From assembly GCA_012862495.1 (NCBI GenBank), contig BLSG01000325.1:58916-78915 (forward strand): a DNA stretch of 20,000 nucleotides, written 5' to 3'. A model generated the notes under the pieces. That model searched no databases. It saw only the letters and a list, made by a program, of their open reading frames with translations, and was not told the DNA's origin. Positions 10,174 through 19,970 of the stretch are shown here, piece after piece. The DNA comes from Thraustochytrium aureum (Eukaryota). Position numbers and translations under genes: made by a program. Position 1 is the stretch's first letter; each line of letters opens with the position of its first letter.

Positions 10174-12393
10174 TCAACGCTTTGTGAACGACGACCGCTT
10201 GCCCCGCGACGGGCTCCCTCTCGCGCTGTGGCTGCTCCCGCCACCTCCCGCGAGTACCCCCGACAGGCTCGACGTCCCGCTTGAGCCCCGGCTCAGCATA
10301 CTGGCCGATTTGGCCGACCGTTCTTTGGACCGCTTCGAGCTCGAGCCCGAGAACGGCCACCACACGCGCTTCCTTCGCTCCGAGTCGCGGTGCCCCACCG
10401 ACCGCGCGCCTTCGCTCGCGACCGCCTCGGCCTCGTCCCGCTCCGAATCGCCGTCCGCCGCTAGAATCGTCGGTCCGTGCTTGTTCATCATCGCCACCTC
10501 GTACGGCGTCGGGTTTGCGAGGCTGGGCCTCGCCGAGCCAATGCCTCCCTCGTCTGCTCCGTTGCCCGCCGACCTGCCCCGCAAAGCTGGGTCCCGCGCA
10601 GCTGACGCTTTGGCGGCGAGCGCATGAGCGATCATGAACTCCAGTTCTGGGTCGTCCACGACATTCTTGACAGCTTGGCGGAGCTCGTCGACCATTCCCT
10701 CGAGGCACCGCGAGCGGTCTGGCGAGTGGCGCGCCGCGGCCTGTGCGCGTCCGAGGAAGCGCAGAGCGGCGCGCAGCTCGCCAACGGCAGTCTCCAAGAG
10801 CCGCTCAGCCTGCGTCTCGGCGTCCTCGAGCTCTTTGCCGAGCCACACAAAGTTGGCCATGGCGTTGTTTGTCTGGCGCTTTATCGCAATGTAGTGGCCC
10901 TGTTTGCCCTGCGCGGTGGCGTAGCGGCGGATGCGCAACAAGACCTCCGCCTCTGTCTCGGCGTCACTCGTCAGCTCGCGCTGCTGCAGGGCCACGGCCT
11001 CTGCGAGCTCTGCGGCTTTGGCCGCGCAGCCCACGGTGCTGACGTACCGAGCCCTCACCTCGGCCAGCGCGGCCGCCGTTGGCCCGTGCCCATCGCTCTG
11101 CGCCTCCATCCTCGTGCAGGCGAGACGGAGCTCTTGATGCGCCGCGCGAAACGCCACGAGCTGCTGCGAGAGGTCGCGGATCATGAAGCGCACGCGATAG
11201 TCTTCGTCTGCGCGCAACACGAAGGGCGGGGGCGTGTACTTTGACCCCTGCGAGTTGAGCAAGTCGATATCGTCGCTTTGCGTTTCGGGGAAGGCGTCTA
11301 TCCAGTACGACATCGTGTACCAGGCGTGCGCGTTCTCGCCGCCGCGGCGACCGTTCTCGGCAGTGATTCGCGAGATCTGCAGGAGCAGGAGCGCGCTCGT
11401 CGCGGTCAGGACGACCGGGCTTGTCAGCGCGGTGCGCACTTCCTTGTCGTCAATAACGAGAACGAGCGTGCAGAATGCAAAGCAAGACCCGACAGCGGTC
11501 CCGATCGCCTCCTTGAACCTATCTGACCGCCATGCGATGCGAGGCGAGATGAGCCGCCGCGCGACCATGGTCAGGGCAAAGTAGACGCAGAACGCTGGTG
11601 CAAGGGTGGCGACTGTCTCGTATGTGGGGCCTAGTGCCGGGAGGTTGCGCGCCTGCGCCAAGCAGCGCGACCAAGTGAGCGAGCTCAGCCGCAACGGCTT
11701 GGCGCCGGGCGCGCCGCGGCCCCCAGGCGCGCCGAGTATCGCGGTGCGCAGCAGCTGGCCCGCGTTGTGGGCCCCAAGCCCACTGAGCGCCTCAACAGTC
11801 GCGTCCACGGTGACCATGGAGACCAAGATGACATACGCGAGGTGCACCGAAACAAGCACAGGCCGGAGCGCAACAAACACAACAAGGTCGTGCGCGAGAC
11901 ACGCGCCAAGGCCGACCGCCAAGCACAGGCTCACAGCAAACGGGTTGTGCACGTCGATCCCGCCAAGGGACGAGGCGTCCAGAATGATGCGCTCTGCCAT
12001 GCGCCCCTCGCCGCCGTCCCCGAGGCCGTGGCCGAGCCCGCCCTGGGCCAGCCCGCTCTGCACTACCAAGCACAAGCAAAACAGCGAGGCGGCCACATGC
12101 AGTCGCAGGATGTGGTTTGAGGTCAGCGAGAGCGCCACCATGCACGCGAGGACCACCAGGTTTACGGGCGCCCGCTCAACAGCAACGTCGCGGAGCAACA
12201 CGCTCACGCTCGAGCAGTAGAGCAACACGCACAGCGCCGGCGAGTACCGCTCCAAAGACTTGCGCACTAGGAGCGAGAGGAGCAGGGCGACCAGGAGCAG
12301 AGCCGTCGAGTAGAGCAGCGCTTCCGTGTCCGGGTCGAGCGGCTCGACGTCCAACGCGCCTCGGGCCAGCTTGATCAGGTCAGTCTTGCGCAT
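10174..12393 (-). CDS. Hypothetical polytopic membrane protein with C-terminal coiled-coil region and Ser/Arg-rich tail
   Basis: Uninterrupted >730-codon ORF. About 8-10 hydrophobic segments lie in the N-terminal half and Ala/Glu/Leu/Arg helical sequence in the C-terminal half. First ATG is at 12393, but the true start could lie in the adjacent gap. Confidence 0.75.
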   Translation of the reverse strand: MRKTDLIKLARGALDVEPLDPDTEALLYSTALLLVALLLSLLVRKSLERYSPALCVLLYCSSVSVLLRDVAVERAPVNLVVLACMVALSLTSNHILRLHVAASLFCLCLVVQSGLAQGGLGHGLGDGGEGRMAERIILDASSLGGIDVHNPFAVSLCLAVGLGACLAHDLVVFVALRPVLVSVHLAYVILVSMVTVDATVEALSGLGAHNAGQLLRTAILGAPGGRGAPGAKPLRLSSLTWSRCLAQARNLPALGPTYETVATLAPAFCVYFALTMVARRLISPRIAWRSDRFKEAIGTAVGSCFAFCTLVLVIDDKEVRTALTSPVVLTATSALLLLQISRITAENGRRGGENAHAWYTMSYWIDAFPETQSDDIDLLNSQGSKYTPPPFVLRADEDYRVRFMIRDLSQQLVAFRAAHQELRLACTRMEAQSDGHGPTAAALAEVRARYVSTVGCAAKAAELAEAVALQQRELTSDAETEAEVLLRIRRYATAQGKQGHYIAIKRQTNNAMANFVWLGKELEDAETQAERLLETAVGELRAALRFLGRAQAAARHSPDRSRCLEGMVDELRQAVKNVVDDPELEFMIAHALAAKASAARDPALRGRSAGNGADEGGIGSARPSLANPTPYEVAMMNKHGPTILAADGDSERDEAEAVASEGARSVGHRDSERRKRVWWPFSGSSSKRSKERSAKSASMLSRGSSGTSSLSGVLAGGGGSSHSARGSPSRGKRSSFTKR

Positions 12394-12486
12394 GCGGCCC
12401 TCCGAGGTCCCGCAGCGTCTCCTGCACTTGCAGATCCGGAATCTTGGCCGCGACGGCCCAGCCAACGGCCAGCGACACGGTCATGA

Positions 12487-13091
12487 NNNNNNNNNNNNNN
12501 NNNNNNNNNNNNNNNNNNNNNNNNNNNNNNNNNNNNNNNNNNNNNNNNNNNNNNNNNNNNNNNNNNNNNNNNNNNNNNNNNNNNNNNNNNNNNNNNNNNN
12601 NNNNNNNNNNNNNNNNNNNNNNNNNNNNNNNNNNNNNNNNNNNNNNNNNNNNNNNNNNNNNNNNNNNNNNNNNNNNNNNNNNNNNNNNNNNNNNNNNNNN
12701 NNNNNNNNNNNNNNNNNNNNNNNNNNNNNNNNNNNNNNNNNNNNNNNNNNNNNNNNNNNNNNNNNNNNNNNNNNNNNNNNNNNNNNNNNNNNNNNNNNNN
12801 NNNNNNNNNNNNNNNNNNNNNNNNNNNNNNNNNNNNNNNNNNNNNNNNNNNNNNNNNNNNNNNNNNNNNNNNNNNNNNNNNNNNNNNNNNNNNNNNNNNN
12901 NNNNNNNNNNNNNNNNNNNNNNNNNNNNNNNNNNNNNNNNNNNNNNNNNNNNNNNNNNNNNNNNNNNNNNNNNNNNNNNNNNNNNNNNNNNNNNNNNNNN
13001 NNNNNNNNNNNNNNNNNNNNNNNNNNNNNNNNNNNNNNNNNNNNNNNNNNNNNNNNNNNNNNNNNNNNNNNNNNNNNNNNNNNNNNNNNNN
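12487..13091. other. Assembly gap
   Basis: Run of N. Confidence 1.
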
Positions 13092-13266
13092 AGGAGGTCG
13101 ACGTCGTGTACTGGATCGCGTGGAAGAGGTTGGCGTCGTGTTCTGGACGTGGGCCGCGTTTGTTTTCGCGACGCGGGTCGAAGTCGCGCGCAACGAGTGC
13201 CGCGCTTGCGAAAGGCTGGTGGACGGCTTGGACGCTGAGCGAAGGCGCTGTGCGGCAGCTGCAGCC

Positions 13267-13986
13267 ATGCCGTCGAACATCGTGTTTGGGTTTGAAGATG
13301 ACGAGTGGACCACGACGACCGCGACGCATCTCGAGGCCAGCGAGGATAGCATTCGCGTGTTTGGCGCGGGGCACTTTAAGGAGAAGGTGAATCCTGATAA
13401 CAAGTCGGTTCACTGGAGACTCGGGAACGACAGGACCGACTACTCGACGAGCAACATGCTGCCCGACCCTCGCCGCGCCGGGGGAAGCCAGGCCAAGAAC
13501 TGCAAGGGCGACATCAAAAAAACCAACTACACACTCGGTCACGAGACGGTCGACTACAACTGGAAGCAAGGGCCGACCCTCGACGAGATCAACTACTTTA
13601 CTGAGCAACAGATAATTGCGAAGAAGAACGCCGCGGTGCCAGAGTCTGCCGACGTGACCAAAAAGAACATCGTATGGGGATTCGACAAGCGCGAGATGAA
13701 CAGCGAGGCCAAGCGCCAGTTCGCGGATCCGAAGTTTGCCGGTCAGACAAGGCAAGAAAAGGAGAAGATTGAGACATTCGTGCGCCAGCTCAAGACGTGC
13801 GCGGTATCCCTTGGGAGCGACAAGGTTGACTACTCGACAACGAACCGGCTTCCAGACCACGACGCGGTTCGGCGGGGCATGGCCGGGCGAATGACGTCGG
13901 ACAACAAGGTCATGCAGCAGCGCTCCTCCATCGTTTTTGGTTACAACAAGAACGAGTACCAGACCTCCATGCGTACGCACTATTGA
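13267..13986 (+). CDS. Repeat protein resembling SAXO5/TEX45-type ciliary microtubule inner proteins (239 aa)
   Basis: ATG in GCAGCCATG context. Six copies of a (S/N)-phi-x-(L/F/W)-G-x-D...(D/E)Y-x-T motif, e.g. NIVFGFEDDEWTTT, HWRLGNDRTDYSTS, AVSLGSDKVDYSTT, SIVFGYNKNEYQTS. The family is recalled from the motif, not searched. Confidence 0.7.
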   Translation: MPSNIVFGFEDDEWTTTTATHLEASEDSIRVFGAGHFKEKVNPDNKSVHWRLGNDRTDYSTSNMLPDPRRAGGSQAKNCKGDIKKTNYTLGHETVDYNWKQGPTLDEINYFTEQQIIAKKNAAVPESADVTKKNIVWGFDKREMNSEAKRQFADPKFAGQTRQEKEKIETFVRQLKTCAVSLGSDKVDYSTTNRLPDHDAVRRGMAGRMTSDNKVMQQRSSIVFGYNKNEYQTSMRTHY

Positions 13987-14110
13987 GCTCCTGTGCTTAT
14001 GGGCGTTGTGGGGCAGCTAGTCGCTTGGGCGGCTGCGAGCGGCCGTTTTGCTCCTGTTGGAGCTCAGCAGGCAGTCGCAACATCGGCGGCTCTTGTATGC
14101 AGGCAAACGA

Positions 14111-14134
14111 GCAAGCAAGCAAGCAAGCAAGCAA
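14111..14134. repeat. (GCAA)6 microsatellite between convergent gene ends
   Basis: gcaagcaagcaagcaagcaagcaa followed by A-rich (acaa)n. Confidence 0.9.
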
Positions 14135-14376
14135 AATTACAAACAAACAAATAGATGTGTTGGGAGATACAACTGCGCAGGACCGCACCCTGGCTGAAAG
14201 CATCGCGCCCCTCTTTTGCAGCAATGCCCGGGCCTGCGTCGCGTCCAATGCTTGCAAACGCGACGATCGCGCACGTCTGCCGGGAAGCCCAGCGACCAAG
14301 CAGTGTTGATCAACAGAAACTACGTTGCTCATGACAGGGGGCGCCGCAGCGGTTTTTCCTCAAGAAGAGACCAGCT

Positions 14377-15289
14377 CTACTCGACAGCAAGAAACGCTCG
14401 CGAGCGCAGAACGACGCGATACGCCCCAAGTACGTCTCCACAAGTGTTGACGGAGAGCGAGCGCAATACTGACTCTGTCAGCTCCAGCTGGTTCTGATAC
14501 CGCGCCAGCGTCTCCTGGTGCGGCACAAACTTGGATGGGTCCCTGCTCCACTCCTTGGCCAGCCTGGCAAGGCCTCGTTCTAGAGAGTTGCCCAGGTCTA
14601 CGAGCAGGCGCGACTTGAGGCGAAACAGCACCGCCTCGGAAGCCGTGAGCCCGTCGTGCGCCACCACACCATCCGACCCGTCGTCGTCGTCGTCGTCGCC
14701 GCTGTCTTGGTCGACTGCTTCATGCAGTGACACTTTCCACGGCGCGTTTCGCCCAGCCTGCTCACCCCGCCAAGCCTTGGAGTGAACTTGGGCTCAGCTT
14801 TTGGCGCGTCGCGGGCCTGTGGGCTCGACTCTGCGGCAGCTTGCGCCGTCGCAAGCGCGGCCAGCTCATCATCGATCGCCGCCAGCAGCTGGCCGAACTC
14901 GCTGTGCCACTCCGGCGAGGGCCTTGGCGCGGACCGAGCGGCGCTGCCGGGCGCCACGTTCTTGGACGAGCTGCCCGACTTGCTCGCCGACTTGCCGACC
15001 GACTTGCGCGCCGAGTTGCTGGCCGACTTGCNNNNNNNNNNNNNNNNNNNNNNNNNNNNNNNNNNNNNNNNNNNNNNNNNNNNNNNNNNNNNNNNNNNNN
15101 NNNNNNNNNNNNNNNNNNNNNNNNNNNNNNNNNNNNNNNNNNNNNNNNNNNNNNNNNNNNNNNNNNNNNNNNNNNNNNNNNNNNNNNNNNNNNNNNNNNN
15201 NNNNNNNNNNNNNNNNNNNNNNNNNNNNNNNGCGCCGAGTTGCTGGCCGACTTGCTCGACGCGGGCGTCGTGCTGGCCTTGCGCCCCAT
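14377..15289 (-). CDS. Hypothetical protein: basic SKSA-repeat N-terminus, acidic poly-Asp linker, helical C-terminal domain; spans a gap and one frame change
   Basis: ATG 15289 gives MGRKASTTPASSKSASNSA, which continues after the gap as RKSVGKSASKSGSS...EWHSEFGQLLAAIDDELAAL. The coding-like sequence then moves to the 14377-14733 frame (DDDDDD...LFRLKSRLLVDLGNSLERGLARLAKEW). Confidence 0.55.
14975..15255. repeat. 12-bp coding minisatellite (ccgacttgcNNN; SKSA-like) flanking a 200-N gap
   Basis: Five units at 14975-15031. 15008-15031 is identical to 15232-15255. Confidence 0.85.
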
Positions 15290-15522
15290 CCTGCGGCTGC
15301 TGGCGCGAGAGGCCTTTGCGGCACTCTTGAGGGCCGTGCGCGCGGCAGACTCCGCTGCTCGCTGGCGGACGGCCGCGTCGGGAGCAGGGCTGCGGGCGGC
15401 CTGCGTTGGCTGGCTACAGGCTTGCGCGAAGCGGCAACCGGCAGCGCGGGGGGCGGGGGCGCTTGGCGGTTGGGCTTGGTCGCAGTTGGCCGGTGGCCCG
15501 TCTGGTGGAGCCGGTCGACGCA

Positions 15523-16860
15523 ATGTCGCCCGCCGCGCTGATCGAGCGCGCGACGAACGCCGAGGTCGCCACGGTCGCACGGGACGACGCCGAGCGAAAT
15601 GCCGCGCGCAAGATGCTCGACAAGGCGCTGGCGATGGGACCGTACACGGAGAGCGAGATTGACGCCTCGCTCACCGTCCCGCCTGGAAAGCAATACTTTG
15701 AGTCAACGCTCGTGCGCTTCCTGCGCGCGCGCAAGGGCGACGAGGACGCGGGGGCCAAAATGATTATTGAGGCCATGAACTTTCGGCGCAAGCACGACGT
15801 GGACAACCTTCTGAGCCAGCCTTTGGCCGCAAATGTGCTCGAGCACATCCACAAGGGCGTGTACGAAGGGCTCTTGCCGACCTTTGACAAGTTCGGCCGG
15901 CCCGTGTACTGCCTCGAGGGCGGGCAGAGCAACAAGGCGATCGGTACGCTGCTCAAGCCGCCTCTGGGCTTTGCGCACTGGAGCGTCCACGAGCTGGAAG
16001 ACTTTTGGATGCATTGGCACTTGATCATGAGCGAATACTTGACCAAGCACCTCTTCGCGCGCGCCACCGAGCGAGCCGGCCACTTGGTCAACAAGTACGT
16101 CGTCGTGGACGACCTCAGAGGGTTTTCCCTGGTCGGCCTGAGGGGCCTCATGTCGGTGATGGGCTACTTCAAGAAGCAGGCAGCCGTGGACCAGCTCCTC
16201 TACCCGGAGACTCTCGCAGTGATGATGTTTATCAATTCGCCGGCCGTGTTTCGCGGCCCTTGGAAGGTGATCAGCGGGTTTGTCGACCGCGACACAGTGT
16301 CCAAGGTGTTTGTGTTGAGCGGGCCTTCGCAGTACGGCCCCGCCGCGGACGTCCTCTTCGACAAGGCAAATGTCCCGCACTTCCTTGGGGGCACATTGGC
16401 AGGCAACCACGTGACGAGCTTTGAGGCGCCGCAGACCGTCGTGTTCGGGGAGATTGACAAGTTGGTCGCCGAGAGCGGTGAGGCGATTGGCTTCGACACG
16501 GCCAAGCGCTGCGCCCCCTTCACCGTGCTGCCGATCGGTTCCGGCAAGGTGGAGACGGTTTCGCTGTCCGTGGGTGCTGGCGACATGGTTGAGTGGCAGT
16601 TTATGGTCGAGTCGCACGACGTGGCATACGTCGCCCGCTTCGAGAACGCCCAAATCGATGCGGAGGACAAGGTTGACTCATCTGGGATGGGCCACCAGCA
16701 CCGCTTCGTCGCTACCAGCTCTGGAACGGTGCAGCTCGAGTTCTCCAACAAGCGCAGCCGCATGCGCTCCAAGACCGTGCGCTTCCGTTTGTACTGCTGG
16801 AAGCCGGCTGGGGCCCGCGCCACTGTTTCTGGCGCTTCGGCGGCGGTTCAGGAAGGATAA
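15523..16860 (+). CDS. SEC14-like lipid-binding protein (CRAL-TRIO_N + CRAL-TRIO + C-terminal GOLD domain)
   Basis: TLVRFLRARKGD, DKFGRPVY, VVDDLRGFSL, YPETLAVMMFINSPAVF..PWKVISGFVD..T..KV, VPHFLGG, then GOLD-like VEWQFMVESHDVAY...GTVQLEFSNKRSRMRSKTVRFR. Confidence 0.94.
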   Translation: MSPAALIERATNAEVATVARDDAERNAARKMLDKALAMGPYTESEIDASLTVPPGKQYFESTLVRFLRARKGDEDAGAKMIIEAMNFRRKHDVDNLLSQPLAANVLEHIHKGVYEGLLPTFDKFGRPVYCLEGGQSNKAIGTLLKPPLGFAHWSVHELEDFWMHWHLIMSEYLTKHLFARATERAGHLVNKYVVVDDLRGFSLVGLRGLMSVMGYFKKQAAVDQLLYPETLAVMMFINSPAVFRGPWKVISGFVDRDTVSKVFVLSGPSQYGPAADVLFDKANVPHFLGGTLAGNHVTSFEAPQTVVFGEIDKLVAESGEAIGFDTAKRCAPFTVLPIGSGKVETVSLSVGAGDMVEWQFMVESHDVAYVARFENAQIDAEDKVDSSGMGHQHRFVATSSGTVQLEFSNKRSRMRSKTVRFRLYCWKPAGARATVSGASAAVQEG

Positions 16861-16901
16861 ATCGTTTGTTTTCCAATCAAGAGGTCGCAGCCGTTCACCG
16901 A

Positions 16902-17029
16902 GACCGCGCGCAGCTGATGCTCATCGTCATTCGACCGCGCGCAGCTGATGCTCATCGTCATTCGACCGCGTGTAGCTGATGCTCATCGTCATTCGACCGC
17001 GTGTAGCTGATGCTCATCGTCATTCGACC
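16902..17029. repeat. 31-bp minisatellite, 4 copies + 4 nt, downstream of SEC14 stop
   Basis: gaccgcg(c/t)g(c/t)agctgatgctcatcgtcattc starts at 16902, 16933, 16964 and 16995, with no spacers. Confidence 0.96.
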
Positions 17030-17307
17030 TTTTTTAAATCGCGCGCGCGGCGACGTGCCGCTTCAGAGAGTCTAAAATTAAGCAGAGCAGAGTAGCAAAT
17101 TTGTTGGAGTCTATCTATCTCTAGAGCTAGAGCAGTCTACCTGTGTCTACAGGTACTCTACCGATGGCCTCTCTTGACTTGAGGCTCGCAGCTCGGCACG
17201 CTGGTCTTTGTCTCTGCAGCGGCTTCCGGCGAGCAATCCAACTCCCGCACAACGGCCCACGTTCGCGAAAACGACCAAGGCCCGCGAATGCCGTCGAGAA
17301 GCATCAT

Positions 17308-18290
17308 CTAGCGCCCCCAGAGCCACCCGAACCAGCCCTGGGAGCCCGCGCGCTCAAGGATAAAGCAGCGCTCGTGGCACTCGGGGAACGTGTCAACCTC
17401 GATCATGTCTACGACGCGCCAGTCCCTTTCTAGAGCGTCGAAAAACGACGAGTCCGCGTGGGCCCCCTCGCGGCCTTCGCCGACGTACACAATTCTCTTG
17501 CCGCCATAGCTTTTCAGGCACCGCGTTGCGAGGTCGTTCGGCGGGGGGCAGACCAGCAAGAGTGTCCGATCCGCGTGCTTCACGAGGCTAGTCTCGTCTC
17601 CTCGCTGGACGCCGGCTTCAGCAAGTTTTGCCTCGTCGACGGCGAAGGGCAGCTGCGACATGTCATCGTACGCGACGATGTCGGCCTTCCAGCGCGTTTC
17701 CAGCTCGCGCTTCCACTGCCCGTTGCCTGCTCCAATCTCCACAAGCGGCGACAGCGCCGAAATGGCGGCCATTGCGCGGTCGCTCCACTTTACGCAGCCA
17801 TACTGACGCATGTACGACTCCCGTGCGTCGGCCTCATCTGGCTCGACGCCAAACAGGAGCCGCTGCGCCTGCAGGTTGACGTCTGTCTTGAGTTTGTGCA
17901 TCTCAAGCCTGAAGTCAGCTTCTGCGATATCGCCGCGCCGGACGCGCTCTTGCAGCAGGAAAATGCGGTTTCTCGCCTTTGCGCGCAGGTCAAGCAAGAG
18001 CTTCTCCCTCTGCTTCCGGGTCTCGATAGCAGCGGTCAGCTCCTCATACACGAACGGCGAAGCGCGCTCGGCCTCAGCGGCCGCGGCATGCTCCTCCCGC
18101 CTCGCCCAGCCCGCTGCAGCCGCGAGTCCAGCAGCCGCGGCACAAGCGGTCCATTCCTCCACTCCTCCGCGTTTGGCCTGCTCTGGGTCGCAGCCGGCGC
18201 ATGCGCTCGTCTCCAGCCCGTCGCCGGCCGTGTGGTGCCAAGCCGTGTCGCGACTCGCGCAGCGCAGCGCACCGTTCGCAGCGCACTCAT
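17308..18290 (-). CDS. SAM-dependent methyltransferase-like protein with probable mitochondrial presequence and coiled coil; N-terminal frame change
   Basis: PLVEIGAGNGQW (class I motif I), IVAYD, TLLLVCPP, IVYVGEGREGAHADSSFF..L...W. The candidate start MSALRTVRCAARVATR at 18290 is in a different frame from the body. Confidence 0.75.
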
Positions 18291-18472
18291 CCTCTCGGTG
18301 GCGCCCGAGCCGCCAGGGCGGACGTGCAGCCCGCTCGAAACGTCTGCGAACACGCCAAGCCCAGCTCGAGCTGCGTGTCTGCCCGCGTGCAGCGCAAGCT
18401 CGCACGAGCGTCTGCCGAGCGCGCGACGTGCACGGCCAGATGCTCTTGCTCGTCTGCGTTCGTTCTTTTGTT

Positions 18473-18849
18473 NNNNNNNNNNNNNNNNNNNNNNNNNNNN
18501 NNNNNNNNNNNNNNNNNNNNNNNNNNNNNNNNNNNNNNNNNNNNNNNNNNNNNNNNNNNNNNNNNNNNNNNNNNNNNNNNNNNNNNNNNNNNNNNNNNNN
18601 NNNNNNNNNNNNNNNNNNNNNNNNNNNNNNNNNNNNNNNNNNNNNNNNNNNNNNNNNNNNNNNNNNNNNNNNNNNNNNNNNNNNNNNNNNNNNNNNNNNN
18701 NNNNNNNNNNNNNNNNNNNNNNNNNNNNNNNNNNNNNNNNNNNNNNNNNNNNNNNNNNNNNNNNNNNNNNNNNNNNNNNNNNNNNNNNNNNNNNNNNNNN
18801 NNNNNNNNNNNNNNNNNNNNNNNNNNNNNNNNNNNNNNNNNNNNNNNNN
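18473..18849. other. Assembly gap
   Basis: Run of N. Confidence 1.
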
Positions 18850-19539
18850 ATTGCAAGGCGCAGAGGGTGCTCGGGCAGCTGTGCCATTTTACAGCACGCC
18901 GTCAATTGCTGATCAGGTGAGTGACGCAACGTGCGCTCAAAAAGGATCTTGAGGCCTCCGCGCGCCAACTCGGCTAGATTTTCAACACGTGGAACTGCAG
19001 CGCGACGTTCGAGCGCACAAGATGCACTTAACCGGGGACATAGGTAGCGAATCTACCGAGCCACGGCGGTGATGGCACAGCTCGGGCTGATCCCCGCTGG
19101 GTTTGGCAAAGAAATGCGGGCAGGTGTCGAACCACACGCCAGAATGCAGAGCTGTGATGCGACATGCGTCCAGGCGCGACAAGACACGGCGCGACAAGTC
19201 ACGGCGTAGCAAGGCACTCGAGTGGTGCAAGCGGTTCATGGGTTTGTGTTCGAGCCCGGTCGCAGGACCAGAGTGACCAGATCATCAATCTGGCTTGACA
19301 AACTACGGCGCGAACCGGACAAGAGCTTTTCTGAGCGTGTGGCTCGAGTTCCGAATTCACAAATGAACACTCTGGCTGTCCTCGCTTCGCTGCGAGCTCT
19401 TGAGCGCGCCCTCCTCTCTATCCACTCTCGAGAGCGAGCTCTCTACCTCCCTCGAGTCAGCCTGAGAGGGTTTGTCCTTTGCAAAACGCGTTGCGCTCTC
19501 TTGCAGCCCCAGAGTAAATGCACAGGAGCAAGCCCTCCC

Positions 19540-19970
19540 CGGCAAAAAAAACCACCACCACAACAAAACAGTGAACAAAAACACCAGCAAACAAACAGAG
19601 CGAAAAAAGAAGCCGTACCACTCCAGTGCATCCTCCCAGGCCTGCTGAGTACTGAGCACTAGCAGCCGTACTACTTGCCCCTGCAGCGGAGGCAGCAGCG
19701 GCACCTCCCTCCACACAATGCCGAAAGCGCTCACTAGGCCTACAACCAGTAGAGTCCATCCTCTACGAGAGGACCAAAGCGCGAAAGAAAAGAAACAACT
19801 TGAGTGAAACGTGGTGTACTTCCCTCTACCGCGACAGGCTAATTCATTCGTTCGCTCATTGTGTTCACAAGCAAGAAACAAACAGAGAAAGAAACAAAGA
19901 CGCAGAAGAGAAAAAAGAAAGAAAGGAAAAAGGAGCGAGCAGAGCACGAGCAGAAGCAGCAACAGCAGCC
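19540..19970. other. Low-complexity A/purine-rich non-coding tract (UTR, intron or intergenic)
   Basis: Repeated aaac/aaag/cag runs, strong strand asymmetry and lower GC than the genes. Confidence 0.6.

Noticed and set aside
16902..17029. CRISPR-like array (31-bp repeats)
   Set aside because: Units are directly adjacent with no unique spacers, there are no cas genes, and the context is eukaryotic.
18850..19962. ORFs 18982-19239, 19222-19662 and 19357-19962 (hydrophobic, TM-like)
   Set aside because: The Phe/Leu richness comes from low-complexity T-rich sequence, and there is no coding-like codon bias or known motif.
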